Assembly: GCA_963796275.1 (NCBI GenBank)
Contig: CAWCKY010000004.1
Location: 192,001 to 256,000 of the forward strand
Source: an uncultured Acidobacteriota bacterium
Lineage (GTDB): Bacteria > Acidobacteriota > Blastocatellia > RBC074
Direction: 5' to 3'
DNA: 64,000 nt
Shown: one piece after another, positions 22,292 to 32,404 of the stretch
Numbering within the stretch: the stretch's first letter is position 1
Layout: every line of letters starts with the position of its first letter
The notes under the pieces: generated by a model
Seen by the model: the letters and a program-made list of their open reading frames with translations, nothing else
Told to the model about the DNA's origin: nothing
The model's database searches: none
Program-made: the position numbers and the translations under genes

Positions 22292-23704
22292 CTAGCTATA
22301 TGTTTCAAGCAATTTATGCAAATTCCCGCTCAGCGGCGGCAAATAATCCTCCCAATTCTGCAATCCCTTGCGGATCGGGAAATCGGGATATCGCCGCTGC
22401 AGGTGCTCTTCGAAATAGATGCCCATCCGCGCCATCACTTTCAAATTTCTGGCTACTGTAGCACCGATACCGTCGCGAACCGATTCTTGTTCTTTGAGCA
22501 ATCTTCCCATGACTTCGAACAACCTTTCCTCCAGGTCCGGATCGTCAACGGTCAGGAGCAGATCCTGGTGGCCGCGTTCGTGCATCAGGTTTCTGATTCG
22601 TTCATCCATTGTCAGTCCGGCCGAAGCGACGAGCGACGGCATCGTAGTCACAATTCCGTGGTATCGTGAAGAGACCATCAGATTGCAGTGTCGCAGAATG
22701 CTGACGAGTTGATACATATCGTAATCCGCGGATGAAAATACCGGCAACCCGCCCAGCTTCTCCGCTATCTTTTCGCAGGCCTCCGTATCGAGCATCTCCG
22801 TAGCCGCCAGTACGACGAAAACGCGGTGTTGCTTGCGGAAGCGGTCGACCGCATTTGCTATAGCCCTCAGATAACGCGCGAATGCCTCGTCCACCTCCGG
22901 CCCAGCTCTGTGGAAGTAGACTGTACGATACTGGCTATCTCGATAGGCACCGGTCAATGTCAAAGCGATGAACTTCGATACCGAAGCATTGACCGGCCAC
23001 CAGTAAGGATTGACGGGACAGACGACGAGCACCGGCGTTCGCTCATCCCAGCCCGATTTGCGTAAAGCATCCCGCCCAAAATCGGGGCGGGGCGGTTCGA
23101 ATGTCCAGGCGGTGTCCGTTCCGAGCGCGGTCGATACGCCGAGTTTGCCCAGCACGGTTTGCGATTCCGGATTACGAGTGATGACGAATGAATCCTTGCA
23201 ATAACGCCCGACCATCCGCGCCAGTACCGGCTCCATATATCCCGCTTCCGCTCCATAACCCAGGCTCAGTTTGTTCTGCGCCGCTGCGATGCCGAGCGAA
23301 CCGACCATCATTGCAGTCACCGCATTGGTGAATTTGCTCTTGAACATTGAGCCCTCGCACGCAACGACGCCGTCGAATTTTGGTACTTCGCGCGCCAGCA
23401 TCGGCGGGAAGATGTCGGGAAGTTTTACCTGCTTGACGCTTTTGAAATAGCCTTCTGTGAACCCGAAATTCTGACTCAGGACGCTCAACTCGCACCTGTC
23501 TTCACCAAGAATATGCCTGACCTGGCGCAACATCTCCTCGACGCGCACATCGGAGCCCGTATTGCGGGTTCCGTTATAACCGGTGAAGAGCAATTTCAGT
23601 TTTTCGCCCGGTTGCCAGCGGCGTCCCGCGCCCAGCATCCATTTGAGCTTTGAAATTTCGATCAAACCCCCGACCCAGGCTTCGAGCGCCAGATCCATAC
23701 TCAT
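22292..23704 (-). CDS. Polysaccharide pyruvyl transferase (CsaB/WcaK-like) family protein
   Basis: GYNGTRNTGSD N-terminal motif; ITRNPES; SSRYHG. Confidence 0.7.
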   Translation of the reverse strand: MSMDLALEAWVGGLIEISKLKWMLGAGRRWQPGEKLKLLFTGYNGTRNTGSDVRVEEMLRQVRHILGEDRCELSVLSQNFGFTEGYFKSVKQVKLPDIFPPMLAREVPKFDGVVACEGSMFKSKFTNAVTAMMVGSLGIAAAQNKLSLGYGAEAGYMEPVLARMVGRYCKDSFVITRNPESQTVLGKLGVSTALGTDTAWTFEPPRPDFGRDALRKSGWDERTPVLVVCPVNPYWWPVNASVSKFIALTLTGAYRDSQYRTVYFHRAGPEVDEAFARYLRAIANAVDRFRKQHRVFVVLAATEMLDTEACEKIAEKLGGLPVFSSADYDMYQLVSILRHCNLMVSSRYHGIVTTMPSLVASAGLTMDERIRNLMHERGHQDLLLTVDDPDLEERLFEVMGRLLKEQESVRDGIGATVARNLKVMARMGIYFEEHLQRRYPDFPIRKGLQNWEDYLPPLSGNLHKLLETYS

Positions 23705-23767
23705 GCGGTATCTCCTAGGTAAGACAATAAAATAAACGGTATTGCGAGGGGTTAGCGAGTTCTTTCA

Positions 23768-24940
23768 TCAAGTGGCCATCGATCTAGTGTCACTCGCTAC
23801 GGCTCGCGGTGCCGATTCTTCCGTATTCGGCCAATCCTTATACGGATATGAGAAATTGTGCGCCTTACAAAATCGCAGCAGAGGATAGCAGTATTGGGAG
23901 AACGGGACAGGTTTCTTCCCGGTCTCCTGCGTGATGCGCGTATTATCGAAGACTGTGTTCCATACCAGGTAAGGGATGAAGACTTTCAGTAATGTAGCCC
24001 CGTAGCTGACTGCACTGCCCCGGAAACTGTCGGCCAACCAGTTATTGATCGTCGTAAAGGGTTTCTCGAGCGAAGGCAGATATAGAGGGCCGCTCCTGTT
24101 CTGCGCTTCGGCCAATGCGTTTGTCAGTTCCTTGAAGGTCTGCGATTCAACACCCGATGAGAGATGATAAGTATCATGAGCAGGCCTCTCTTTCTGGTGA
24201 ATGGCGACGATCGATTCGGCGACGAAATCGACATTGACTATATCGATCCGATCGCCCGGCTGGAATGGAAGTATGGGCAATCCCGAGAGAAAGACAAAGG
24301 AGCGTACCATGTCGAATTGAGTCGTCTCCGGATAACGACTGTCTCCTAAAATGATGCTCGGCCGAAAAACTGTGTGCGGCACATCCGCCAGCAGTTCGTT
24401 GATCATATGTTCGCAGAATTTCTTGGTGCGCGCATAGGGATCGTAATCGGAACGATTCCAGTCGAGAGCCTTGTCTTCTTGGACTACCTCATCCAATCGA
24501 TGGCCGGCGATGGCGACGGTGCTAACCTCGCTGAAGCGGCGCAGACCGTGGATGTCCCGGGCGGCTTGGGCGGCCTTGAGGACCTCCAGGGTCCCACGCA
24601 GATTGACGTTCAAACAGGTCTTTTCGCTCTTCCGGTTGAGCGACGCTGCGCAATGTATGATCGAATCGGATGATTTGATCAGGCGGCGATAATCTTCTTC
24701 CGACAGCCCGAATTTTTTATCGGTGAGATCGCCGCGAAAAATGTTGATGCGGCTTTTGAGATGATCGTAAAAACGCGGGAAATCCAGGTGCAGCTGCAGC
24801 GCGCGCCAAAGCCGTACTTCGGCTTCGCGCGCGTCTTTGGCGCGAACCAGCAGATTGAGATTGTCTCGATAATTCTCCAGCAGGAGTGCGGCAACGTGGG
24901 CTCCCACGTAACCGGTCGCGCCGGTAAGGAAAATCGTCAT
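23768..24940 (-). CDS. Extended SDR, thioester/fatty acyl reductase (male-sterility NAD-binding) family
   Basis: [30 protein letters not shown] (YxxxK), FRPSII. Confidence 0.85.
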   Translation of the reverse strand: MTIFLTGATGYVGAHVAALLLENYRDNLNLLVRAKDAREAEVRLWRALQLHLDFPRFYDHLKSRINIFRGDLTDKKFGLSEEDYRRLIKSSDSIIHCAASLNRKSEKTCLNVNLRGTLEVLKAAQAARDIHGLRRFSEVSTVAIAGHRLDEVVQEDKALDWNRSDYDPYARTKKFCEHMINELLADVPHTVFRPSIILGDSRYPETTQFDMVRSFVFLSGLPILPFQPGDRIDIVNVDFVAESIVAIHQKERPAHDTYHLSSGVESQTFKELTNALAEAQNRSGPLYLPSLEKPFTTINNWLADSFRGSAVSYGATLLKVFIPYLVWNTVFDNTRITQETGKKPVPFSQYCYPLLRFCKAHNFSYPYKDWPNTEESAPRAVASDTRSMAT

Positions 24941-25293
24941 AACCGGGTCAAGTTATCTAGTTGAGGCCTGTGCAAATTATAGCCAGTTGCCATCAGTGTT
25001 TTCTGATTGGCTCCGGAGGAGCCCGATATTTATAGCTCAGGGTCTAATTTCAATCTCCAGCTCCGAAGGAGCGGCATCCGAATGCGGGGATGTCGATTCA
25101 TCGCAGCCGGCGAAATGTGGATGATCGAATGCTATAACATTTCGCGCCTCCGGCACCTGCCTGCTTAGCCACTAATTACTCGGGCAATTTATTTTTTGAT
25201 ATCGCTCTGGCCCGCTTCACGGGTTAGAACAATATTCAAACAACCTTGTTTCCACAGTACTAACACTATTAACTAAGTTTCTTAATGATCGAC

Positions 25294-25380
25294 GAATCAG
25301 TACCGCGAGCGGTAGCGAGCGTTGTACCCGAGCCAGTCGATTGATTGAGCCACGCTCGCTACCGCTCGCGGTACTGATTC
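25294..25380. repeat. REP-like palindrome (AGTACCGCGAGCGGTAGCGAGC family)
   Basis: gaatcagtaccgcgagcggtagcgagcgt ... acgctcgctaccgctcgcggtactgattc; related copies near 23790-23820 and 44605-44685. Confidence 0.8.
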
Positions 25381-25416
25381 GAACTTGAATCGCCATTTAA
25401 ACATCAAATAACTTAG

Positions 25417-25896
25417 TTAGCTTAGCTTGCCTTTCCTGTCTCGCATTATCGAGGCGAGAATCAATGAAGTGAGCACACCGGCAACAATCGCGCCCATCGA
25501 TGCCTGGAGCATGTAGCTTTTCAGATTGAAGTAATTGTTCGCTTGCTCAAGCGTCGCCCTGCCCGCCCCGATAGCGTTGTCGATCATATTCCCGAAGAAA
25601 TCGGGATTTATAAAACGATAAAAAATGAATTGAAACAATGGCGCTAACAAAGAGACGACAACGCTCACACCGAGACCGCATAAGAATGCCTGGTTAAAAT
25701 TGATACGCCCTCCGAGCGCCCTGCGTTTTTCCGCGATCGCCAGGATCATCATGACGAAGGCGGGGAAGATGAAGAGAAGCGTGAGGTACGGATGCATCGA
25801 GATATACTTGTCGTGCAAGCCGACGGCGTACTCGAGCGCGAGCCACAACAACTGGACGACCGAGAAAATCAACCCCCATTTAATTTCAATCTTCAT
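25417..25896 (-). CDS. DUF4199-family membrane protein
   Basis: IEIKWGLIF...[18 protein letters not shown], four TM segments. Confidence 0.75.
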   Translation of the reverse strand: MKIEIKWGLIFSVVQLLWLALEYAVGLHDKYISMHPYLTLLFIFPAFVMMILAIAEKRRALGGRINFNQAFLCGLGVSVVVSLLAPLFQFIFYRFINPDFFGNMIDNAIGAGRATLEQANNYFNLKSYMLQASMGAIVAGVLTSLILASIMRDRKGKLS

Positions 25897-26009
25897 TTCC
25901 CTTCCTCCATGGATCTAACCGATACGGCGGACGAACGCGGATTCCTCAACGCATTCGTCGCCTGTGCCGACTCATAATCCACCTGAGCCCTTCTCGTCGC
26001 CGGCGCATG

Positions 26010-28349
26010 TCAACTTGCCGCTATACTCTGTTCCGGCGTTCCCATTTCGACGTCTCTGCGCGACTTGTTCTGGACGGGGCGCCCCTCGATAATCGGATAT
26101 GACCACTTGCGCAGCGCCGGTATGTGAATATTGATCCAGTAATCCCACCAGTCGATATAGTTCGCGTCGTATCCGAAAGCCTGATATTCCTCGGGCGGGA
26201 GCGCAGCGGAAAGCAGTTCTACATGCTTCGCCTCAAAAACGTATTCGTTGTGCAGGATGAATGGCTCATAGAGCTGTATCAACTTCTCGACTTTATCCAG
26301 ATCGCGTTCGCGCCTGACCAGCGGCGAGCGCATCATCGGCAGCGGCGCCATGATCCTCAACAAAGCCTGCACGACCTGTTTCTGTCGCGGCGCTGAGAGA
26401 TTCCGGTACCGGTCAATCGAGACCGGTATCGAATCGAATAACGCGCGCAAACGCTGATTGAAATCATCCTGCGCGCGATAATACTTCCGGTGCGCGAGCC
26501 CGGTCAGTTCGATCGTGCGGCGCATATCACACGGATTGGTCGCCGAAGTCGCCAGTTGATATAAACGTTCATGCCGCCGCTCGATCAATGCCGCCGAGAT
26601 GAGGACCATCCCGCGGCATACGAGATCGACGGGAATGATGTCGAGGCATTTCTTGCCGTTGGACGGTAACTGGCGGAAGAAAGTGCCGAGCAGATAAGAG
26701 ATGGGCGCCGATGTGTTGACGCCTTCATTCCACCCCTCGAAAGGGTCGTGCGTCGACGTCTCGACGATCGACGGGCGCACGATGGCGACCGGTAAATCTC
26801 GCCCGAGCGTTGCGATGAGCGATTCCGCCAGACTTTTGGTGAGGGTATAGGTGTTCGGCCAGCCGTACGACCGCGCCCGCGCCATTCCGGCTTCGGTCAA
26901 TTCGTTCCTCACCCACCGCTGCCGCTGTTTGCGAACCTGGGCATCTATTTCGGCTTCACCGGGCTTTTTCTTCTGATTGCTTGCCTTGCTGAGCACCTGA
27001 CGACGAAGCTGATCCGTGACCTCTTCGCTCTCCGCTCTCTCTTCGATCCGGGCAGCCAGTTCCCGCAGCGCATCGTATTCGCTGGCGGCGTCGAATCCTG
27101 CCACGTCGTTGGGAGTGTAATGAGGCACGAGCGTTTCATTGATGCGCCCATCGCGGAATCCCACGACATAACAGGTAGAAAGATGAAGCAATGACGCGTG
27201 ATCGCACCGGCGTAAAAAGTCCAGCAGGTGAAGGGTCCCGTCAATATTGATCGAGAGAGCCTCGCGCAGGTCCGGATTGAAATCCGTGAGCCCGGAGCTA
27301 TTGATGATCAGATCGAGTTTCGCCAGCAGTCGCCCCTCATCTTCTAATCCCAGACCCGGCCGGCAGATGTCGCCCTCGATGACCTCGACCTTTTCCGCGA
27401 TAAACTGCGCGAGCCCGTCACCGTACTTCTCGTGCAAAGGTTCGAAGATCGGAGACTCATCGATTATCTTGGCGAAGCGCCGTTCCGCAGTCGTGGAACG
27501 CTGGCGGCGAATGAGCAGATAGATTTTTCCGACATCGGGCAATTCTTGAAGCACTTTGGCCAGCCAGACCTTGCCGATGAACCCGGTGAATCCGATGAGC
27601 AAAATATGTTTAGATGCGAATGATCTTCGGATCGAGAGATAGGGGATTATCTGATGCGGCTCAAAAACCACGGTCGGGCTGCAAATCTGCGGCACTATGC
27701 GTCTGGCCGGGATGATCGCCCTTTTCAATGTCACTAAGCCGGGGAATCCCAGCTTGCGCGCTAACTTTCCCGGATAGATGGAGCCGTCGGGATTGGTGCC
27801 GACGATGCGCGCCAATACCTGCCTCGGCCTGATGACCGGTGAGAGCAATCTTCCGGTCGCCAATCCGTCGCGAAACTCCAGACGGTTGGCCACCAGCCAC
27901 TGGACCCCCAACTCTTGCGCGAGCGGCCGCATGACGTGTTCGAGTCCCTGACTGACCAACACGATATTCTCGCCGCGCGCTATGGCTTCCCTTAAATTTG
28001 CGAGCCCACGCGGCTTGAGTTTAGGCTTGAGAACATATTTGAAGTACTCTTCACCGAGTAGATCGAGGCGGTCCCGGCTGATGCCGCGCAACAGCGTGTG
28101 CAGCACTCGCGTCGCGAATATTCGGTCGAGGGCGAAAAGAAAAGGGCGGAATAAGGCCGATAGCGCGAGCAGCCCGCGCCTCTGCCAGCGTTCGGAAAAC
28201 CTCTGGGCGTGCCATGTGAAATAGGCGACCGGGCGCACGGCGCTTAAATTGAGTAGACTTCCCTCTACACGCCAGAAGGTCCTTTCAGGCACACGCGGAT
28301 CCTTGTAGGTCCGCAAACCAGTCAGATTATTTCTATCGACTGCGCTCAC
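26010..28349 (-). CDS. Fusion of a HAD-like domain and a fatty acyl-CoA reductase (NAD_binding_4 + Sterile)
   Basis: HAD-IB-like IVLVSQG...[12 protein letters not shown]; FAR motifs [52 protein letters not shown]. Confidence 0.85.
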   Translation of the reverse strand: MSAVDRNNLTGLRTYKDPRVPERTFWRVEGSLLNLSAVRPVAYFTWHAQRFSERWQRRGLLALSALFRPFLFALDRIFATRVLHTLLRGISRDRLDLLGEEYFKYVLKPKLKPRGLANLREAIARGENIVLVSQGLEHVMRPLAQELGVQWLVANRLEFRDGLATGRLLSPVIRPRQVLARIVGTNPDGSIYPGKLARKLGFPGLVTLKRAIIPARRIVPQICSPTVVFEPHQIIPYLSIRRSFASKHILLIGFTGFIGKVWLAKVLQELPDVGKIYLLIRRQRSTTAERRFAKIIDESPIFEPLHEKYGDGLAQFIAEKVEVIEGDICRPGLGLEDEGRLLAKLDLIINSSGLTDFNPDLREALSINIDGTLHLLDFLRRCDHASLLHLSTCYVVGFRDGRINETLVPHYTPNDVAGFDAASEYDALRELAARIEERAESEEVTDQLRRQVLSKASNQKKKPGEAEIDAQVRKQRQRWVRNELTEAGMARARSYGWPNTYTLTKSLAESLIATLGRDLPVAIVRPSIVETSTHDPFEGWNEGVNTSAPISYLLGTFFRQLPSNGKKCLDIIPVDLVCRGMVLISAALIERRHERLYQLATSATNPCDMRRTIELTGLAHRKYYRAQDDFNQRLRALFDSIPVSIDRYRNLSAPRQKQVVQALLRIMAPLPMMRSPLVRRERDLDKVEKLIQLYEPFILHNEYVFEAKHVELLSAALPPEEYQAFGYDANYIDWWDYWINIHIPALRKWSYPIIEGRPVQNKSRRDVEMGTPEQSIAAS

Positions 28350-28680
28350 AATCCAATTTTTATTGACAAACTACTTTCTCATTATTTGGCAAGATGACTA
28401 TTTTCTTCAATCCTGTGTCAGAGCCCTCGCTCTTCTATCCTGGACTGCGCATGAAACCTCAAATCCCACTACTAGTCAAATACTTTGGGCATCGCTTCAT
28501 CTGCGGATTATTACCGTACCGATCCGCCACTATCTGACCAAGACCTAGCTTTTCACATGCATAATGTAATTACAGGCAACTACAGTATTACCAATACTGC
28601 ATTATTTTTATTAGTTGAAAGTAGTTTATTGACAACTGATCAAAATATCCGTAATTTGGCGAAGCTTTCGCGGTGAAAGC

Positions 28681-28717
28681 AAAAACCCGGTCACAACTGG
28701 TTAGCTGTGACCGGGTT
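28681..28717 (-). terminator. Hairpin, probable intrinsic terminator on the minus strand
   Basis: aacccggtcaca-loop-tgtgaccgggtt with an A-run on the left (U-tract on the minus strand). Confidence 0.45.
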
Positions 28718-28848
28718 CATTTGGTCAGCATTGAGCTGATACCAATTTAGCAAATGCATGTTAGCTCATCGCTGACCTTCTGAAAAGCTCGAGGAGCGTC
28801 GCTGACTACCATAGCGGCAGCTTTCTCATAGATCGAAAAGGAGCAAAG

Positions 28849-29367
28849 ATGATGAGCCTCTCATTGAAGGTATTTCAAGCAAAACCCAATCCTCGCGGCA
28901 AGGAAGGAAAAGACAGAACGCTGAATCAAGCGATTCAACCGGAACTATTGCTGGGCGAGTGGGTAGATATCGAAAACAATGGAATCGAATTAATCACATT
29001 CTCCAAAATTCAGCTTCACCATACGCTCTTCAACGACCTCTGCCAGACTAAAGGTCAAACGGAGAAGTACTGGAGCGCCGAAGGGACCGGTTTGCTCAAA
29101 CCCGGGCAAATTCTTCGAATTCATAGCGGAAGGCATCACGACCGGAATCTGATGTCCGAGGTAGATGAAGGGGATGTGGACTGGCATGCCTATGCTGAGC
29201 GGGAAGCTTTCGTTCTGAACAACCGTTGCGGTGAGATCATCGTCCTCACCTGGCAGGACGAAGAAGGACGAGAGTATAAGGATGTGGCGTCCTACGCGCC
29301 TAATCCTCCGGAAGGCGAAATACTTTCCCGTTCGGAGAATCAACTCGTTTATCAAACCGAATCCTAG
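28849..29367 (+). CDS. Lamin-tail-domain-like hypothetical protein
   Basis: KPNPRGK...EWVDIEN, LKPGQILRIHSG, VLNNRCGE.I.L pattern; AGGAG RBS. Confidence 0.55.
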   Translation: MMSLSLKVFQAKPNPRGKEGKDRTLNQAIQPELLLGEWVDIENNGIELITFSKIQLHHTLFNDLCQTKGQTEKYWSAEGTGLLKPGQILRIHSGRHHDRNLMSEVDEGDVDWHAYAEREAFVLNNRCGEIIVLTWQDEEGREYKDVASYAPNPPEGEILSRSENQLVYQTES

Positions 29368-29441
29368 TTTCTTCATCAGCGCAGGACAATAGCCGACGGC
29401 CACCCAAATGTCCTGCCCCCAAAAATCCTACAAAGGGTGCG

Positions 29442-30011
29442 ATGATGCATAGCTTACTAAGAGATATAGCGAAGATACGCTCCGGCCGTCTGTTTCGCGG
29501 GAAGATCGAGCCTGATCCGACCGGTCATTATCTGGTCATCCAGATCGGCGACATCGATCTAGGTAAAAAACTGGAAGTCAGCAATCTGACCAGAATCAGA
29601 TTGCCTGACATCAAACCGTCCCAATTCGTCCGAAAAGGAGATGTGCTCTTCATCTCGCGTGGGATGCGCAAGCAGGCTCTGACGATCACGGAAGAGTTGA
29701 ACAATGTCATTACCACTTCACAAATTTTCATTCTTCGACCTCACGAGGAGCTCTTGCCGGAATATCTGGCCTGGTTTCTCAATCAACTTCCGGCGCAGCG
29801 TTACCTGGAAGAACATTCATCGGGAACCAATGTCAGCCTGATCAATATGGAGGCATTCGGCAAGCTACCCGTTCGAACGCCGAAGCTTGAGATACAGCAG
29901 AAGATTGTTCAGATCTACGAGCTGGGTGTTCGGGAGAGAGAGTTGACGGAATTGATTCGACAGAAACGCAGCGTTTTAATCGAGATGAGATTACTCGCCG
30001 CGATCGAATAA
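29442..30011 (+). CDS. Short, single-TRD type I restriction specificity-subunit-like protein
   Basis: LRDIAKIRSG, KGDVLF..RG, LPEYLAWFLN, P.LEIQQKIV; directly upstream of hsdM. Confidence 0.8.
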   Translation: MMHSLLRDIAKIRSGRLFRGKIEPDPTGHYLVIQIGDIDLGKKLEVSNLTRIRLPDIKPSQFVRKGDVLFISRGMRKQALTITEELNNVITTSQIFILRPHEELLPEYLAWFLNQLPAQRYLEEHSSGTNVSLINMEAFGKLPVRTPKLEIQQKIVQIYELGVRERELTELIRQKRSVLIEMRLLAAIE

Positions 30012-30123
30012 AGAGGTTTAGAAGTTTGACTATAACTATTAAACGATAGCTACGGAGTAACGGAGAAAAATAGTGAAACCCGGTAATTCTCTCTGAGTCC
30101 GCGGCTATGAAAGAAAGGCTGCA

Positions 30124-31641
30124 ATGAGCGAGCGATCGATTTTTCAAGAGGACAAAATACAAGCCGATATCAATGCCATAGCCTGGAAGGCCTGCGATAC
30201 ATTTCGCGGTACCGCTGATGCGTCAGTCTATAAGAATTACATCCTGGTTTTTCTTTTCATCAAATATCTAAGCGACATCTGGAAAGACGGGCTAGAACAT
30301 TATCGCCAGGAGTACAAAGGAGACGAGGAGCGCGTGCGGCGCCGGATGAGCCGCGAGCGTTTCATTCTCCCTGAGGGCTGCGACTTCGATACTATCTATG
30401 CCAAGCGCAACGAAACCACGATCGGCGAGATCATCAACATTTCTCTGGAGAAGCTCGCGGAGGCCAACCGAGCCAAGCTGGATGGCATATTTCGCGACAT
30501 AGATTTCAATTCCGAAATGAATCTGGGGAAGACAAAAGACCGCAACGCACGCCTGAAAAAATTGATCGAAGATTTTGCCGATCCGCGCCTCGATCTGCGG
30601 CCTTCGCGTCTCGGTGCGCGCGATGTGATCGGAGGCACTTTTCAATTTCTGATAGAGCGTATCGCCAGCGATGCGGGGAAGAAGGGCGGCGAGTTCTTCA
30701 CGCCTCCGCAAGTATCATCGCTGCTTGCCAGATTGTTAAATCCGAAAAAAGGGGACCGCATCTGCGATCCGGCATGCGGTTCCGGGTCGTTACTGATCCG
30801 CCTGGCAGACGAGATTCAGGATCGCGACTATGCGATTTACGGCCAGGAGTCTGACCCCAGCACCTGGGCGATGTGCCGGATGAATATGTTTCTGCACAGC
30901 AAGGACAGCGCGCGAATCGAGTGGGGCGATACGCTCCGTAGCCCCAAGTTGATCGAGGAGGGTGCCCTCATGAAATTCGATATAATCGTCACCATTCCCC
31001 CCTTCTCGCTCGACAAGTGGGGCGCGGAGGATGTAGTTCCCGATAAGTTCAACCGGTTTCATCGCGGTATTCCACCCAGGAGCAAATCTGATTACGCGTT
31101 CATCACGCATATGATCGAGACGACTGTCCAAGATACCGGAAAAACCGGCGTGGTCGTGCCGCACGGCGTGTTGTTTCGCGGCGGCGCAGAAGTCAAAATC
31201 CGTAAACAATTGATCGAAGAGAATCTGCTTGAGGCTGTGATCGGGTTACCCGTAAATCTGTTCTACGGTACTTCCATCCCGGCAGCGATCCTGATCTTCA
31301 ATCGCGGAAAAAAGACGAGCGATGTTCTATTTATCGACGCAAGCCGTGAATATGAAGGCGCGAAGAACCAGAACAGGCTGCGTGGCCGAGATATCGATAA
31401 GATCGTAGACGCATATAAGCAGTTCGAGACAATTGAGAAGTATGCGTATAGGGCGACAGTTGAGGAGATAACTGGTAACAATTTTAATTTGAATATTCCG
31501 AGATATGTCGATATTTTTGATGCGGAAGAGCAGATGGATTTCAAGGCATTAGGGAAAGAGATCGAGCAGTTGGAAACGGAGTTAGCCGATGTAAGGAGGG
31601 AGATGCAGACATATTTAGCCGGGTTGGGATTGATTGAATAG
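30124..31641 (+). CDS. hsdM: Type I RM methyltransferase subunit; motif IV reads IPPF instead of NPPF
   Basis: GGEFFTP, DPACGSGSLL, YGQE, PHGVLFRGG, FYGTSIP, LFIDAS, NLNIPRY. Confidence 0.92.
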   Translation: MSERSIFQEDKIQADINAIAWKACDTFRGTADASVYKNYILVFLFIKYLSDIWKDGLEHYRQEYKGDEERVRRRMSRERFILPEGCDFDTIYAKRNETTIGEIINISLEKLAEANRAKLDGIFRDIDFNSEMNLGKTKDRNARLKKLIEDFADPRLDLRPSRLGARDVIGGTFQFLIERIASDAGKKGGEFFTPPQVSSLLARLLNPKKGDRICDPACGSGSLLIRLADEIQDRDYAIYGQESDPSTWAMCRMNMFLHSKDSARIEWGDTLRSPKLIEEGALMKFDIIVTIPPFSLDKWGAEDVVPDKFNRFHRGIPPRSKSDYAFITHMIETTVQDTGKTGVVVPHGVLFRGGAEVKIRKQLIEENLLEAVIGLPVNLFYGTSIPAAILIFNRGKKTSDVLFIDASREYEGAKNQNRLRGRDIDKIVDAYKQFETIEKYAYRATVEEITGNNFNLNIPRYVDIFDAEEQMDFKALGKEIEQLETELADVRREMQTYLAGLGLIE

Positions 31642-31827
31642 CCTGGCTGTAATAACTATTATTCAGAATTACAGGATTCGGGGACATCGCATTCCAGGTA
31701 ACATCGTTCCCTTCTCTATGGCTGGTTTATGGTCTTTGAAAAATAGATGCAACCACGTCATCCAGCGTAGGGGCAGACTTATGTGTCATGCGCGTCAAGA
31801 TAAGCCGTCAACTTCGTAACCTGGCCA

Positions 31828-32040
31828 CTGAGCGCCAACGGCGCGCAATAAAACAACCAGGGGTGGAGCGCCTGGCGCGTAGCCCCTGGTAAATCGCAAG
31901 TGAGACGTCAAGCCCTGTAAGGGTGGGATATTCGGTCGCTCTTACCCCCCTACAACAGGGCTTGCCGATTCTTGATGATCTTCCAGGGGCTACGCTTCGC
32001 TCCACCCCTGGCTGTTTTATTGGCGCCCCTTTGGGGCTTA
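31828..32040. repeat. REP/REPIN-like composite palindrome between hsdM and hsdR
   Basis: aataaaacaaccaggggtggagcg ... cgctccacccctggctgttttatt inverted arms with internal gccctg...cagggc hairpins. Confidence 0.7.
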
Positions 32041-32404
32041 GGAGCCAGCCTGATCCTTTATCTTGATGCGTATGACCTATGTATCTGCCCCGGAGAGGGG
32101 CCACCGTGGACCCGGGGCATACACACTGGTGACATATAGGTCTGCCCCTACGTGGTTGCTTTATTTTTTTCAAAGAACATCGACGCCAGGTAGATATAGC
32201 AAGAGCGTTGCGTCTCATAGCGACGGTGAATTGTGGCCAATGTGTGATAGATGCCGGTGCCGGTATTGAAACGCAGTGTTGAAACGCCGGCCTAACTTAT
32301 CCTGGGGCTACGCGGCAATTCGGCATGGGAGTTAAACGACCATGCTGAATGTCAATAAATTCTATTGTTTTTTGTTTTTACCTCGTTCCATCGAGTAACG
32401 TGCA

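Noticed and set aside
31808-32218. 136-aa ORF as the missing hsdS or a new defence gene
   Set aside because: It is a translation of the REP palindrome on the opposite strand, with no HsdS motifs.
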